A stretch of DNA of 63,008 nucleotides from an uncultured Oscillospiraceae bacterium (GTDB taxonomy: Bacteria; Bacillota; Clostridia; Oscillospirales; Oscillospiraceae), in contig CAZLSN010000001.1 of NCBI GenBank assembly GCA_964562265.1, forward strand, positions 1 to 63,008. Direction: 5' to 3'. A program made the position numbers and the translations under genes. The notes beneath the pieces are model-generated. The model made no database searches. It was not told the origin of the DNA and saw only the letters and a list, made by a program, of their open reading frames with translations. Below, piece after piece: positions 53,339 through 62,887 of the stretch (the first letter of the stretch is position 1; every line of letters begins with the position of its first letter).

Positions 53339-54871
53339 ATGAAAAGAACCGTAAGCCTGCTCCTTGCGACAATAATGATATTCACCCTCTGCGCCTGCAC
53401 AGGCGGCACCGAGAGGGACGACAATACATTGATCTACGCCTCCGGAGATTACACGAGGATAAACCCCGCAATGGACGAGCATTGCGAGATAAACATCCTG
53501 CTCTTTAACGGTCTTACCGCTCACGACGGTGAAAACCGTGTGGTCGAAGGTCTTGCGGAGAAGTGGGACTACGACGAGGAGAGCTGCACCTATACCTTTT
53601 ATCTGCGTGAGGGCGTGAAATGGCATGACGGTGAGGCGTTCACTGCCGAGGATGTCAAGTTCACGATCGAAGCGGTGATGGATCCCGACAACGGCTCCGA
53701 GAACGCTCCGAACTTTGAGGATGTCGAGGAGATAAGGGTCATCGACGAGAGGACGATAGCCTTCAGGCTTTCCGCTCCGAATGTCGCCTTTCTGGACTAC
53801 ATGACGATGGCGATACTGCCGAAGCACCTTCTCGAGGGTGAGGACATGCAGACCTCCGGCTTCTTCCGCAGCCCCGTGGGCACGGGACCGTATAAGCTCG
53901 AAAGCTGGGATGTCGGTCAGGCGATAGTGCTTGCAAAAAACGAGGATTATTTCCTCGGCACCCCCAATATCGACAGGATAGTATTTAAAATAGTAGCGGA
54001 CGACAATGCCCAGGCCATGCAGCTTTCTTCCGGTGAGATCGATCTTGCGCTGCTCGACCCCAAAAACGCAATGAGCTTTGCGGATAAGGACGGCTTTGTG
54101 AGCTGCGACTTTATGACCTCGGATTACAGAGGCATACTCTTTAACTTTTGGAACGACTACTGGACGGAGAACCGTGACATCATCCCTGCCGTTTGCTGTG
54201 CGATAGACCGTCAGGCGATAATCGATTCGGTGCTTCTCGGTCAGGGCATGGCGGCATACGGCCCCTTGCAGCGCAATGTCTACAATTGCGAGGATGTCGA
54301 AAAGTATTCCTATGACCCCCAAAAGGCGAGGGACATTCTCGAATCCGTCGGCTGCGTTATGGGCGATAACGGCTTTTACGAGCGAAACGGTGAGGAGATA
54401 GGCTTCGTCATCTCCGTCATGGCGGGTGAGCAGGACCGCATAGACATTGCCCAGGCTGCGGCACAGCAGCTTCGTGAGGTCGGCATAAACTGCACCGTCG
54501 AGATCCCCGCTCAGATGGACTGGGGCGGTCAGATGGCATGTCTCATCGGCTGGGGCAGCCCCTTCGATGCGGACGACCACACCTACAAGGTCTTCGGCAC
54601 AGACAAGGGTGCAAACTACTCCGGCTATTCAAACGCAAAGGTCGATGAGTATCTTGCTCTCGCAAGGGAGAGCGACGATGAGGCTTATCGTGCGAAGTAC
54701 TATGCGCTGTTCCAGCAGGAGCTTGCAAACGATCCCGCCTACGCCTTCATCTGCTACATCGACGCAAACTATGTCGCAAGCTCGAGAATACACGGCATTT
54801 CGACCGATACCGTCCTGGGACACCACGGCGTCGGCATCTTCTGGAATGTCTGCGAGTGGACGATAGAATAA
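53339..54871 (+). CDS. ABC transporter substrate-binding lipoprotein, family 5 (peptide/nickel, Opp/Dpp/Nik type)
   Basis: Lipobox IFTLCACTGG. Family-5 SBP core (LFNGLTAHDGENRVVEGLAEKWDY...GTGPYKLESW). Start trimmed to ATG 53339. Confidence 0.85.
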   Translation: MKRTVSLLLATIMIFTLCACTGGTERDDNTLIYASGDYTRINPAMDEHCEINILLFNGLTAHDGENRVVEGLAEKWDYDEESCTYTFYLREGVKWHDGEAFTAEDVKFTIEAVMDPDNGSENAPNFEDVEEIRVIDERTIAFRLSAPNVAFLDYMTMAILPKHLLEGEDMQTSGFFRSPVGTGPYKLESWDVGQAIVLAKNEDYFLGTPNIDRIVFKIVADDNAQAMQLSSGEIDLALLDPKNAMSFADKDGFVSCDFMTSDYRGILFNFWNDYWTENRDIIPAVCCAIDRQAIIDSVLLGQGMAAYGPLQRNVYNCEDVEKYSYDPQKARDILESVGCVMGDNGFYERNGEEIGFVISVMAGEQDRIDIAQAAAQQLREVGINCTVEIPAQMDWGGQMACLIGWGSPFDADDHTYKVFGTDKGANYSGYSNAKVDEYLALARESDDEAYRAKYYALFQQELANDPAYAFICYIDANYVASSRIHGISTDTVLGHHGVGIFWNVCEWTIE

Positions 54872-54888
54872 ACAGTTGACAGTGGTTG

Positions 54889-54942
54889 ATCGGCTGCAAA
54901 GCACCATGCTTGGCTCTCCCTCTGGGAGAGCTGTCAGCCGAT
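54889..54942 (+). repeat. Nested hairpin in the SBP-ATPase intercistronic spacer, related to the mosaic repeat (copy E)
   Basis: ATCGGCTG...[GCTCTCCC-tct-GGGAGAGC]...CAGCCGAT. The core CTTGGCTCTCCC...GGGAGAGC matches the central hairpin of copy A. Confidence 0.6.
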
Positions 54943-55070
54943 AGACTGACTGAGAGGGCTTGTGCTTCCAAGTACAATACAGCAGATCTCAAACATAAGC
55001 AAAGCCGGAAGCCTGTACTGTGTTTCGGTGCCGGCAAGCAGCAAATCATTTTTAAAATTCGGAGAGCAAC

Positions 55071-56081
55071 ATGTCCGATATACTGAATGTAAAAAATCTG
55101 TCCGTCAGCTTCTTCACCCCCACGGGGGAGGTCGAGGCTGTGCGGAGTGTGAGCTTCGATCTCAAAGAGGGCGAAGTGCTTGCCGTAGTCGGTGAATCCG
55201 GCTGCGGCAAAAGCGTTATGTGCAAGAGCATCATGAAGCTCCTGCCCAAGACGGCGAAAATCAAGTCGGGAAGCATTTCGGTCTGCGGAACGGATATAAC
55301 AAGCTTCTCCGAACGGGATATGAAGCCCCTGCGGGGAAAGCTTTTCTCCATGGTCTTTCAGGACCCCATGACCTCGCTCGATCCGACGATGACAGTCGGC
55401 GCACAGATAGCCGAGGCGGTGCTTGTGCATAAGCCCGGGCTCAAAAGGGAGGAGCTGCGCTCCGAAGTTATCAGGCTTATGACCCTTGTGGGGATCGAAC
55501 GCCCCGAGGAGCGCATGAAGCTTTACCCCTACAACTTCTCCGGCGGTATGCGGCAGAGGGCGGTCATGGCGATAGCCCTTGCCGGTGAGCCGAGGATACT
55601 CTTTGCCGATGAGCCGACTACCGCTCTCGATGTCACGGTGCAGGCTCAGATACTCGATCTTTTGAAGGACATACAGAAGAAACTCTCGACGGCAACGGTG
55701 TTTGTCACCCACGATCTCGGCGTTGTCGCAAGAGTTGCGGATCGTGTTGCGGTCATGTATGCGGGGAAGATCGTCGAGATCGGCACCGCCGAGGACATAT
55801 TCTACGACCCCCGCCATCCCTACACATGGAGCCTTCTGCGTTCGCTGCCCTCACTGAGCCGAGGCAGGGACACCCTGCCCACGATCCCCGGTATGCCGCC
55901 GAAGCTTTCCCCGCCCCCCAAGGGCGATGCCTTTGCCTGCCGCAACGAGTACGCTCTTGCGATAGACTACGAGGAGGAACCGCCGATGACGAAGATAAGC
56001 GATACGCATTATGCCGCGACATGGCTGTTAGACCCCCGTGCGCCGAAGCTTGACTGGAGAAAGACCGATGAGAGACAATGA
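55071..56081 (+). CDS. Oligopeptide/dipeptide ABC transporter ATP-binding protein (OppD/DppD-like)
   Basis: Walker A GESGCGKS, signature FSGGMRQR, and an oligopeptide-type C-terminal extension. Confidence 0.88.
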   Translation: MSDILNVKNLSVSFFTPTGEVEAVRSVSFDLKEGEVLAVVGESGCGKSVMCKSIMKLLPKTAKIKSGSISVCGTDITSFSERDMKPLRGKLFSMVFQDPMTSLDPTMTVGAQIAEAVLVHKPGLKREELRSEVIRLMTLVGIERPEERMKLYPYNFSGGMRQRAVMAIALAGEPRILFADEPTTALDVTVQAQILDLLKDIQKKLSTATVFVTHDLGVVARVADRVAVMYAGKIVEIGTAEDIFYDPRHPYTWSLLRSLPSLSRGRDTLPTIPGMPPKLSPPPKGDAFACRNEYALAIDYEEEPPMTKISDTHYAATWLLDPRAPKLDWRKTDERQ

Positions 56082-56979
56082 TGACATACTGCTGGATGTA
56101 AGGCATCTGAGCCACAGCTTTCCGCTGACGAAAAAGACGGCGATAAAAGCGGTGGACGATGTGTCGTTTCACATACACAAGGGCGAGATCTACGGTCTTG
56201 TCGGCGAATCCGGCTCCGGCAAATCAACCGTTGCCCGCTGCATCATGAACATATACGAACCCACTGCGGGAGAGATCATATACAAGGGAATAAACACCTG
56301 CGATAAAAGGGAGTTCCGTGACAATAAAAAGCTGCTGCAAACCACAAGGCAGATAATCTTTCAGGACTCGGATTCGAGCCTTGACCGCAGAATGACGGTC
56401 GAGGATATAATCACCGAGCCCATGAGAATACACCGCATCGCCCCGCCTCGCGGCTCCTACCGTGCCGAGGCGGAGTTCCAGCTCCACTATGTCGGCATGG
56501 ACCCGAGCTGCCTCGACTCATACCCGTCTGAGCTGTCCGGCGGTCAGCGGCAGAGAGTGGCGATAGCGAGAGCCCTTTCCATGGAGCCTGAGCTTCTCGT
56601 TGCCGATGAACCCATAGCGTCGCTGGATGTGTCCATTCAGGCTCAGGTCGTGAACCTGTTTCGCCACTTGCAGCGGGAGCATGGCTTCTCGTTCCTGTTT
56701 ATCGCGCATGACCTTGCGATGGTCGAATTTCTGTGCGATAGAGTGGGCGTAATGTACCACGGTAAGCTCGTCGAGATAGCTCCCGCAAAAACGCTTTTCG
56801 ATCGCCCGCTGCATCCGTATACTAAGGCCCTGCTCTCCGCAATACCCATCCCCGACCCGAGACTTGAGCGTGAGCGGGTGCTGCCCGATTTTTCGAAGGC
56901 GGAGTTCCCTTTAAAGGGTGAGCTTGTGCAGCTTGAGCCGGAGCATTATGTCCTGACGGAAGGGGGCGCAGCCCCTTGA
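56068..56979 (+). CDS. Oligopeptide/dipeptide ABC transporter ATP-binding protein (OppF/DppF-like)
   Basis: Walker A GESGSGKST and signature LSGGQRQR. Start is ATG 56068, overlapping the upstream stop by 14 nt. Confidence 0.88.
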   Translation: MRDNDDILLDVRHLSHSFPLTKKTAIKAVDDVSFHIHKGEIYGLVGESGSGKSTVARCIMNIYEPTAGEIIYKGINTCDKREFRDNKKLLQTTRQIIFQDSDSSLDRRMTVEDIITEPMRIHRIAPPRGSYRAEAEFQLHYVGMDPSCLDSYPSELSGGQRQRVAIARALSMEPELLVADEPIASLDVSIQAQVVNLFRHLQREHGFSFLFIAHDLAMVEFLCDRVGVMYHGKLVEIAPAKTLFDRPLHPYTKALLSAIPIPDPRLERERVLPDFSKAEFPLKGELVQLEPEHYVLTEGGAAP

Positions 56980-57983
56980 AAAAGAAAAACAAAGCCGTAT
57001 ATTACGGCAAGAAGCTGCTTGTGTTTGCGGTAAGCGTTCTGGTTTTGTCGATTGCCGTGTTTTACATCTCACGCCTTGCGCCCGGCGATCCCCTCGTCTC
57101 CTACTACGGCGACCGTGTGGAGAAGATGAGTCCCCAAGAGCGGGAGTGGGCGGAGGAAAAGCTGGGACTTAACGCACCCATCCACATCCAGTACCTTCGC
57201 TGGGCGGAAAACGCCCTCCACGGCGACTTCGGCATATCATATAAATATAAGACCCCCGTCACCGAGGTCATAGGCGACCGCATAGGCAACACCCTGCTCC
57301 TCGGCGGCATAGGCTTTGTGCTTATCTTTTCGCTTGCGCTGCTGCTCGGTGTACTGTGTGCATGGCACGAGGGCAAGATCATAGACCGCTTCATATGCAA
57401 GGTCGGAACGATAACGAGCTGCATACCGGAGTTCTGGCTCTCACTGCTGCTGATACTCATATTTGCCATATCGCTCCGCTGGCTGCCAAGCTCCGGAGCC
57501 TATTCCCTCGGCAAAAGCGGCGATATTGCCGACCGTGCGATCCACCTCATACTGCCGATGACGGTGGTGGTGCTTACGCATCTGTGGTACTACGCCTATA
57601 TGATACGCAACAAGCTGCTTGATGAGGTGAGGGCGGATTATGTTCTGCTTGCCAAGGCGAAGGGACTCGGCAAGGGCAGGATCATGTTCGGGCATTGCCT
57701 GCGCAATACGATGCCGACCTATCTCAGCCTTATGGCTATCTCCGTTCCCCATGTTCTGGGCGGAACATACATTATCGAAACGGTCTTCTCCTACCCCGGA
57801 ATAGGTACGCTGTCATACGAAAGCGCACGTTGGCAGGATTACAATCTGCTGATGCTGCTGTGCCTTATCTCGGGTGTGGTGGTCATACTGTGCAACATTA
57901 TCGCTCAGATAATAAACGAGCATATAGACCCCCGCATCAAGGCGGATGAGGCGATCGAGGACAGGGAGGTGACGGCACGGTGA
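56976..57983 (+). CDS. ABC transporter permease (OppB/DppB-like)
   Basis: 335 aa with 6 TM and the BPD_transp_1 EAA-like loop (LLAKAKGLGKGRIMFGHCLRN). TTG start overlaps the upstream TGA (TTGA). Confidence 0.85.
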   Translation: MKKKNKAVYYGKKLLVFAVSVLVLSIAVFYISRLAPGDPLVSYYGDRVEKMSPQEREWAEEKLGLNAPIHIQYLRWAENALHGDFGISYKYKTPVTEVIGDRIGNTLLLGGIGFVLIFSLALLLGVLCAWHEGKIIDRFICKVGTITSCIPEFWLSLLLILIFAISLRWLPSSGAYSLGKSGDIADRAIHLILPMTVVVLTHLWYYAYMIRNKLLDEVRADYVLLAKAKGLGKGRIMFGHCLRNTMPTYLSLMAISVPHVLGGTYIIETVFSYPGIGTLSYESARWQDYNLLMLLCLISGVVVILCNIIAQIINEHIDPRIKADEAIEDREVTAR

Positions 57984-58864
57984 ACGATAAATTCGCAGTC
58001 GTCGGCATCCGTGATGCCGCCCCCGATATAGCGGCGAAAAAGAGGTTTTCGCTGAAGGGAAAGCCCGTGCTTTCGTCGATCCTCCTGCTCATCATCGTCC
58101 TCGGCTGCCTTTGCGCGGAGCTTATAATGACTAAGGATCCGACATACATGGATCTGACAAGTTTCTGTGCGGCACCGGACGGGGAGTTTCTCTTCGGTAC
58201 CGACACCATGGGGCGTGACATTTTTTCGATGATATGGTACGGCGGCAGGATCTCGCTGCTCATCGGTGTTCTGGCGACGGTCATATCGACGGTCATCGCG
58301 ATCATCCTCGGCGCACTGTCGGGCATTGCACCGCAGTGGCTCGATACTCTGCTCATGCGTGCGACCGAGATAATACTGAGCATACCCTCGCTGCTGCTTG
58401 TCATTCTGCTTCAGGCGATAATGGGTGAGGCGAATGTCCTGAGCATATCGATAGTCATAGGCGTCACCGGCTGGACAAGCATCGCCAAGGTCGTCCGCAC
58501 CGAGGTGCGGCAGATGCGCAACAGCGAATATGTCATTGCCGCAAGGTGCATGGGCGGCGGCTTCTTCCACATACTTTGCCGTCACCTGACTCCGAACTTC
58601 TTCTCATCGATCATGTTCATGGTCGTCATGAATGTCCGCAGCGCGATAGTTGCCGAGTCAACGCTCAGCTTCATGGGCATAGGACTGCCGCTGTCCACGG
58701 TGTCGTGGGGCAGTATGCTGTCGCTTTCGGAGAAGGCGTTGATGACGGATGCGTGGTGGATCATCGTGATCCCGGGGCTTTTCCTCGTCGTGACCCTGCT
58801 GTGCCTTGAGAGCATAGGCAGCTATTTGCGAGGTGTGAGCGGCCGCAAACAGAGCAATCTGTGA
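57980..58864 (+). CDS. ABC transporter permease (OppC/DppC-like)
   Basis: 294 aa (FLFGTDTMGRDIFSMIWYGGRISL...). GTG start overlaps the upstream TGA (GTGA). Confidence 0.85.
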   Translation: MNDKFAVVGIRDAAPDIAAKKRFSLKGKPVLSSILLLIIVLGCLCAELIMTKDPTYMDLTSFCAAPDGEFLFGTDTMGRDIFSMIWYGGRISLLIGVLATVISTVIAIILGALSGIAPQWLDTLLMRATEIILSIPSLLLVILLQAIMGEANVLSISIVIGVTGWTSIAKVVRTEVRQMRNSEYVIAARCMGGGFFHILCRHLTPNFFSSIMFMVVMNVRSAIVAESTLSFMGIGLPLSTVSWGSMLSLSEKALMTDAWWIIVIPGLFLVVTLLCLESIGSYLRGVSGRKQSNL

Positions 58865-58886
58865 AAAAATCATACTATTATATTAA

Positions 58887-58919
58887 AAGGAGCACCTTTT
58901 CGGCGCTCCTTTGGCTTTT
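58887..58919 (+). terminator. Rho-independent terminator after the ABC operon
   Basis: AGGAGCACC-ttttc-GGCGCTCCT (one mismatch) followed by TTGGCTTTT. Confidence 0.6.
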
Positions 58920-59094
58920 GCAATGAATTTTTCAAAGAAAAATCCTGCAATTTAAAATCCGTTTTACGACTAAATGTTGAATAATATTCTTCAAAATCCG
59001 CAATATGTTGCAAAAATATGCATATTCTTTGCTTGCGCAAAGTAGCTTGTGAAATTTTTTGCATTTTTTTAAAGCCAAAATTTCATTTTTGGGC

Positions 59095-59123
59095 TTGAAA
59101 TGGGGGCTTACAGGGTGTATAAT
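59095..59123 (+). promoter_or_regulatory. Sigma-A type promoter for the TAXI-TRAP operon
   Basis: TTGAAA(59095-59100), 17-nt spacer, TATAAT(59118-59123), 73 nt upstream of ATG 59196. Confidence 0.65.
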
Positions 59124-59195
59124 CGGTGCAAGTTGAATTTTTCAGAGAAGAAATTTTCAAAAATGATTATGCAACTTAATCAGGAGGAAAGAATA

Positions 59196-60206
59196 ATGAA
59201 AAAGCTCATAGCTATGCTTCTGGCAGTTATGATGGTCTTCGCCCTCTGCGCCTGCGGCGGTAACGGCGGCGGACTCAATGATGCGGTCAAGGGCAATACC
59301 AGCGAAAAGAATATTGACGGCTCTTCCGGCCTTTCCATGGGCACCGGCGGCCCTGCCGGCACCTACTATGCCTTCGGCGGCATCCTCTGCCAGGTCGTCG
59401 GCGAAGATCTCGACATCTCCATGACCGCCGTTACCACCGGCGGTTCCGGTGCAAACCTCGAGAGCATGGGCGCTGTTTACCAGCTCGCAACCGTTCAGTC
59501 AGATGTTATGACCTACGCCTTTGAAGGCACCAACAGCTTTGCCGAAAGCGGCAAGCTCACCAACTTCCGTGTACTCTGCGCTCTCTACGCCGAGACCGTT
59601 CAGATCGTCACCATCAATCCCAACATAAAGAGTGTTGCCGACCTCAAGGGCAAGTCCGTCTGCGTCGGTGACCAGGGCTCCGGCACCTACTACAACACCA
59701 TCGATGTCCTCGCAGCCTACGGCATGACCCTCGACGACATCAACCCCGTATATCAGTCCTTCGATGCCTCCACCGAGAGTGTACAGGACGGCAAGATCGA
59801 CGCAGCCTTCCTCTGCGCCGGCGCACCCACTCCCGCAGTTGCGACCCTCGCTTCCGCAAAGAACATTCGCCTCGTCTCCATCGACGATGAGCATATGCAG
59901 AAGCTCCTTGCAGACTGCCCCTACTACGCAGCATACACCATCCCCGCAGGTACCTACGACGGCCTCAACGAGGATGTTCAGACCATCACCGTAAAGGCAA
60001 CACTCATCTGCTCCGCAAACCTCACCGATGAGTGTGCATACAACATCGTAAAGTCCATCTTCGAGAACAAGGCAGCCATAACCACCCTCCACGCAAAGGG
60101 TGCCGAGCTTGATCTTACTTTCGCGACCGAAGGCATTGCGGTTCCCTTCCACGACGGTGCAGCTAAGTACTTTGCGGAGAACGACATCACCGTAAATACC
60201 AAGTAA
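59196..60206 (+). CDS. TRAP transporter solute receptor, TAXI family (lipoprotein)
   Basis: Lipobox VFALCACGG. TGGPAGTYYAFGG...TTGGSGANLESM is typical of TAXI (TIGR02122-like) receptors. AGGAGGA RBS. Confidence 0.85.
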   Translation: MKKLIAMLLAVMMVFALCACGGNGGGLNDAVKGNTSEKNIDGSSGLSMGTGGPAGTYYAFGGILCQVVGEDLDISMTAVTTGGSGANLESMGAVYQLATVQSDVMTYAFEGTNSFAESGKLTNFRVLCALYAETVQIVTINPNIKSVADLKGKSVCVGDQGSGTYYNTIDVLAAYGMTLDDINPVYQSFDASTESVQDGKIDAAFLCAGAPTPAVATLASAKNIRLVSIDDEHMQKLLADCPYYAAYTIPAGTYDGLNEDVQTITVKATLICSANLTDECAYNIVKSIFENKAAITTLHAKGAELDLTFATEGIAVPFHDGAAKYFAENDITVNTK

Positions 60207-60314
60207 GCTTAACGAAAGCTTAATCGGAATACGCTTAAAGCTACGGTTGCAGCCATGTGACCGCAGCTTTAAGTGCTTTAAAGTATTATCTAAGCAAGAA
60301 AGGAACCATGCTCA

Positions 60315-62381
60315 ATGTCCCTATTTAAGAAGAAAAAGGGCGTCGCTTCGATAAGCGAAGACGAGCTCTTTGCCGAAAAAGAAGGCGAACAGGACATTGC
60401 CGCCGATGTCGATGCGGTAATGAAGAAGTACGACAGGGAGTCCAACACCCGAATCTGGGAAGGCAAGCCCAAGTACTTCGTTATGGCGATAGCCGCCGCG
60501 TTCTCCCTGTTCTGCATTATCTTTACTTTGTTCGTAACGGTCGATGACCGCATCCGTCTGACGAGCTTCCTCGCCTGCGGACTCTTCATCGGCTACCTGC
60601 TCTATCCCGCAAAAAAGGGTGTGCAGAAGGTAAACCATATGCCGTGGTATGATATTGTCATCATGATACTCGGCACGGCGGCCTTCCTCTACTTCTGCTT
60701 CAACTCGGAGTCGATAATCCTCCGCAAGCTCAACATCTACGAGTATGAGATATTCATAGCCGTCATCGGCATCATTGCCGTGATCGAGCTTTGCCGCCGC
60801 AGTGTCGGCGTTCCCATACTCTGCGTTGCGGGTGCCTTCATGGTGTACGCATGGTACTACTGGAGTTTCACCAAGGGCCTCGGTGCCTACTACGGCTTCC
60901 AGTATGTCGTGTATAACCTGTTCTACACCACCACCGGCGTCCTCACCACGCCTATCGATGTCTGCTCGAAGTACATCGTCGTGTTTATCATCTTCGGTGC
61001 CTTCCTTGAGCGCACCGGCATCTCCGCCTACTTCATAAGCCTCGCAAACTCCATTGCGGGCGCATCCGCAGGCGGCCCCGCCAAGGTTGCGGTCATATCC
61101 TCCGCTCTTTGCGGCATGGTATCCGGTTCCTCCGTCGGCAACACCGTCACCACCGGCTCCGTCACCATCCCCATGATGAAGCGCACGGGCTACAGACCCG
61201 AATTCGCGGGTGCGGTCGAAGCCGCAGCCTCCACCGGCGGTCAGATAATGCCGCCTATCATGGGTGCAGCCGCCTTCCTTATGATAGACTTCCTGGGTGA
61301 GCCGTACTCACACATCATTGTATATGCGATAATCCCCGCGATACTGTACTTTGCGGGCATCTATGTTGCAGTCCACCTCGAGGCAAAGAAGGTCGGCCTA
61401 AAGGGCATCCCCAGATCCGAGCTGCCCTCCTTCTGGAAGCTCCAGCGCAGCGTTTACCTGCTCATTCCGCTGGTCGTCCTTGTGGTTCTGGTCTCCACCA
61501 ACACCTACACGATGGCGTTCTCCGCCTCCGTTGCGATAGTCCTTGCGATAATCATCGGACTGTTTGAGCTCTGCCGCACTGCGGCAAAGGGCGAGATACC
61601 CGAGGGCAGCTCAAAGGGCTCCTTCGTTGCCAAAGAGACCGGTGAAATGCTCTTCTCCTCTCTCGCAAACGGCGGTAAGAGCTGCATTTCCATCATCGCA
61701 GCATGCGCAATGGCAGGCTGTGTCGCAGGCTCCATCACCATGACCGGACTCGGCAGCCAGCTTATCGGCGCAGTCACCGGTATTGCGGGCGATGTCAAGT
61801 TCATTGCACTGTTCCTCACGATGATCTGCTGCATAGTCCTCGGCATGGGTGTTCCCACGACCGCAAACTTCTGCATCATGGCGACCACCTGCGCCCCCAT
61901 CCTCATCGATCCCGCCATCGGCATCCACCCCGTTGCGGCATATTTCTTCGTATTCTACTTCGGCATCGTTGCCGACATCACCCCTCCCGTTGCACTGGCG
62001 GCTTATGCAGGCTCCGCAATAGCGAAGTCAAACCCGATGAAGACGGGGCTTGTGGCGACAAGGCTTGCGATAGCGGCATTCGTCGTACCCTATGTCTTTG
62101 CGTATGACGAGAGCCTCCTGCTCGTCAACACCACATGGTACGAGGCGATCCAGGTCGCCATCACCTCGATGATCGGCATCTACGGCGTTGCTGCTGCGCT
62201 TTGCGGTCACCTGTATAAGAAGGTCAACTGGTTCTTCAGACTGCTGCTTGCAGTCGGCGGCTTAACGCTTATAATCCCCGGTACGATCACCGACCTCATC
62301 GGCATCGTCCTTGTTGCCGGCGTCACCGTTTATCAGAAGATAAGCTCGAAGAAGACCCCCTTGAAAGGGCAGATGGCATAA
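60315..62381 (+). CDS. TRAP transporter fused permease (TAXI-associated DctQM-type, 688 aa)
   Basis: ~18 TM. Follows the TAXI receptor after a 108-nt spacer that contains a hairpin (about 60236-60272). Confidence 0.82.
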   Translation: MSLFKKKKGVASISEDELFAEKEGEQDIAADVDAVMKKYDRESNTRIWEGKPKYFVMAIAAAFSLFCIIFTLFVTVDDRIRLTSFLACGLFIGYLLYPAKKGVQKVNHMPWYDIVIMILGTAAFLYFCFNSESIILRKLNIYEYEIFIAVIGIIAVIELCRRSVGVPILCVAGAFMVYAWYYWSFTKGLGAYYGFQYVVYNLFYTTTGVLTTPIDVCSKYIVVFIIFGAFLERTGISAYFISLANSIAGASAGGPAKVAVISSALCGMVSGSSVGNTVTTGSVTIPMMKRTGYRPEFAGAVEAAASTGGQIMPPIMGAAAFLMIDFLGEPYSHIIVYAIIPAILYFAGIYVAVHLEAKKVGLKGIPRSELPSFWKLQRSVYLLIPLVVLVVLVSTNTYTMAFSASVAIVLAIIIGLFELCRTAAKGEIPEGSSKGSFVAKETGEMLFSSLANGGKSCISIIAACAMAGCVAGSITMTGLGSQLIGAVTGIAGDVKFIALFLTMICCIVLGMGVPTTANFCIMATTCAPILIDPAIGIHPVAAYFFVFYFGIVADITPPVALAAYAGSAIAKSNPMKTGLVATRLAIAAFVVPYVFAYDESLLLVNTTWYEAIQVAITSMIGIYGVAAALCGHLYKKVNWFFRLLLAVGGLTLIIPGTITDLIGIVLVAGVTVYQKISSKKTPLKGQMA

Positions 62382-62404
62382 ATACGGCTGAAAATTATAT
62401 CCTC

Positions 62405-62440
62405 AAACGGCACTCGGCTTTTATCCGAGTGCCGTTTTTG
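62405..62440 (+). terminator. Rho-independent terminator after the TRAP permease
   Basis: ACGGCACTCGG-cttttat-CCGAGTGCCGT followed by TTTT. Confidence 0.85.
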
Positions 62441-62887
62441 TACCTAATAATTAACCCGGGCGGGGAATTTGCCGTTAAATTTACACTCCCGACAATGCAA
62501 TTTGCGAGCTTTTATGTATTGAGGGTAGGTAATTTGCACAAATTTTTGAACCGGAAATGAACGAATAACCAAAAATTGTTTGCGAAATCGTTCATTTTTA
62601 GACAATCTAATAATTCAGATGGTGTAAAATTTGTTCACAAAGTTGTGAATTTTCTGAAAATGCGCAATTATAAGTGCAATTTGCGTCGTTTATGGCGTCA
62701 TTCACACTAAATTAACAATATTTTGTGCAACATGCTGAAAAAGTGCAGTTGAATTTGTGAAATTACCCTTGCTTTTTGCAAAATTAAGGGTTATACTGTC
62801 AAGCGATATGATTGTGAGAAAAATATCATTTTCTACACGATCGAACAATATTTATCGTACAGTTATCCGTATAAGGAGGGAAACACT

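Noticed and set aside
54872-55070. Metal (NiCo-type) or other riboswitch between the SBP gene and the ATPase gene.
   Set aside because: The hairpin core is shared with the dispersed repeat family (copies at 22581-22623 and 26617-26639), so a repeat or mRNA-stabilising stem-loop is the simpler explanation. I cannot match any riboswitch consensus by eye.
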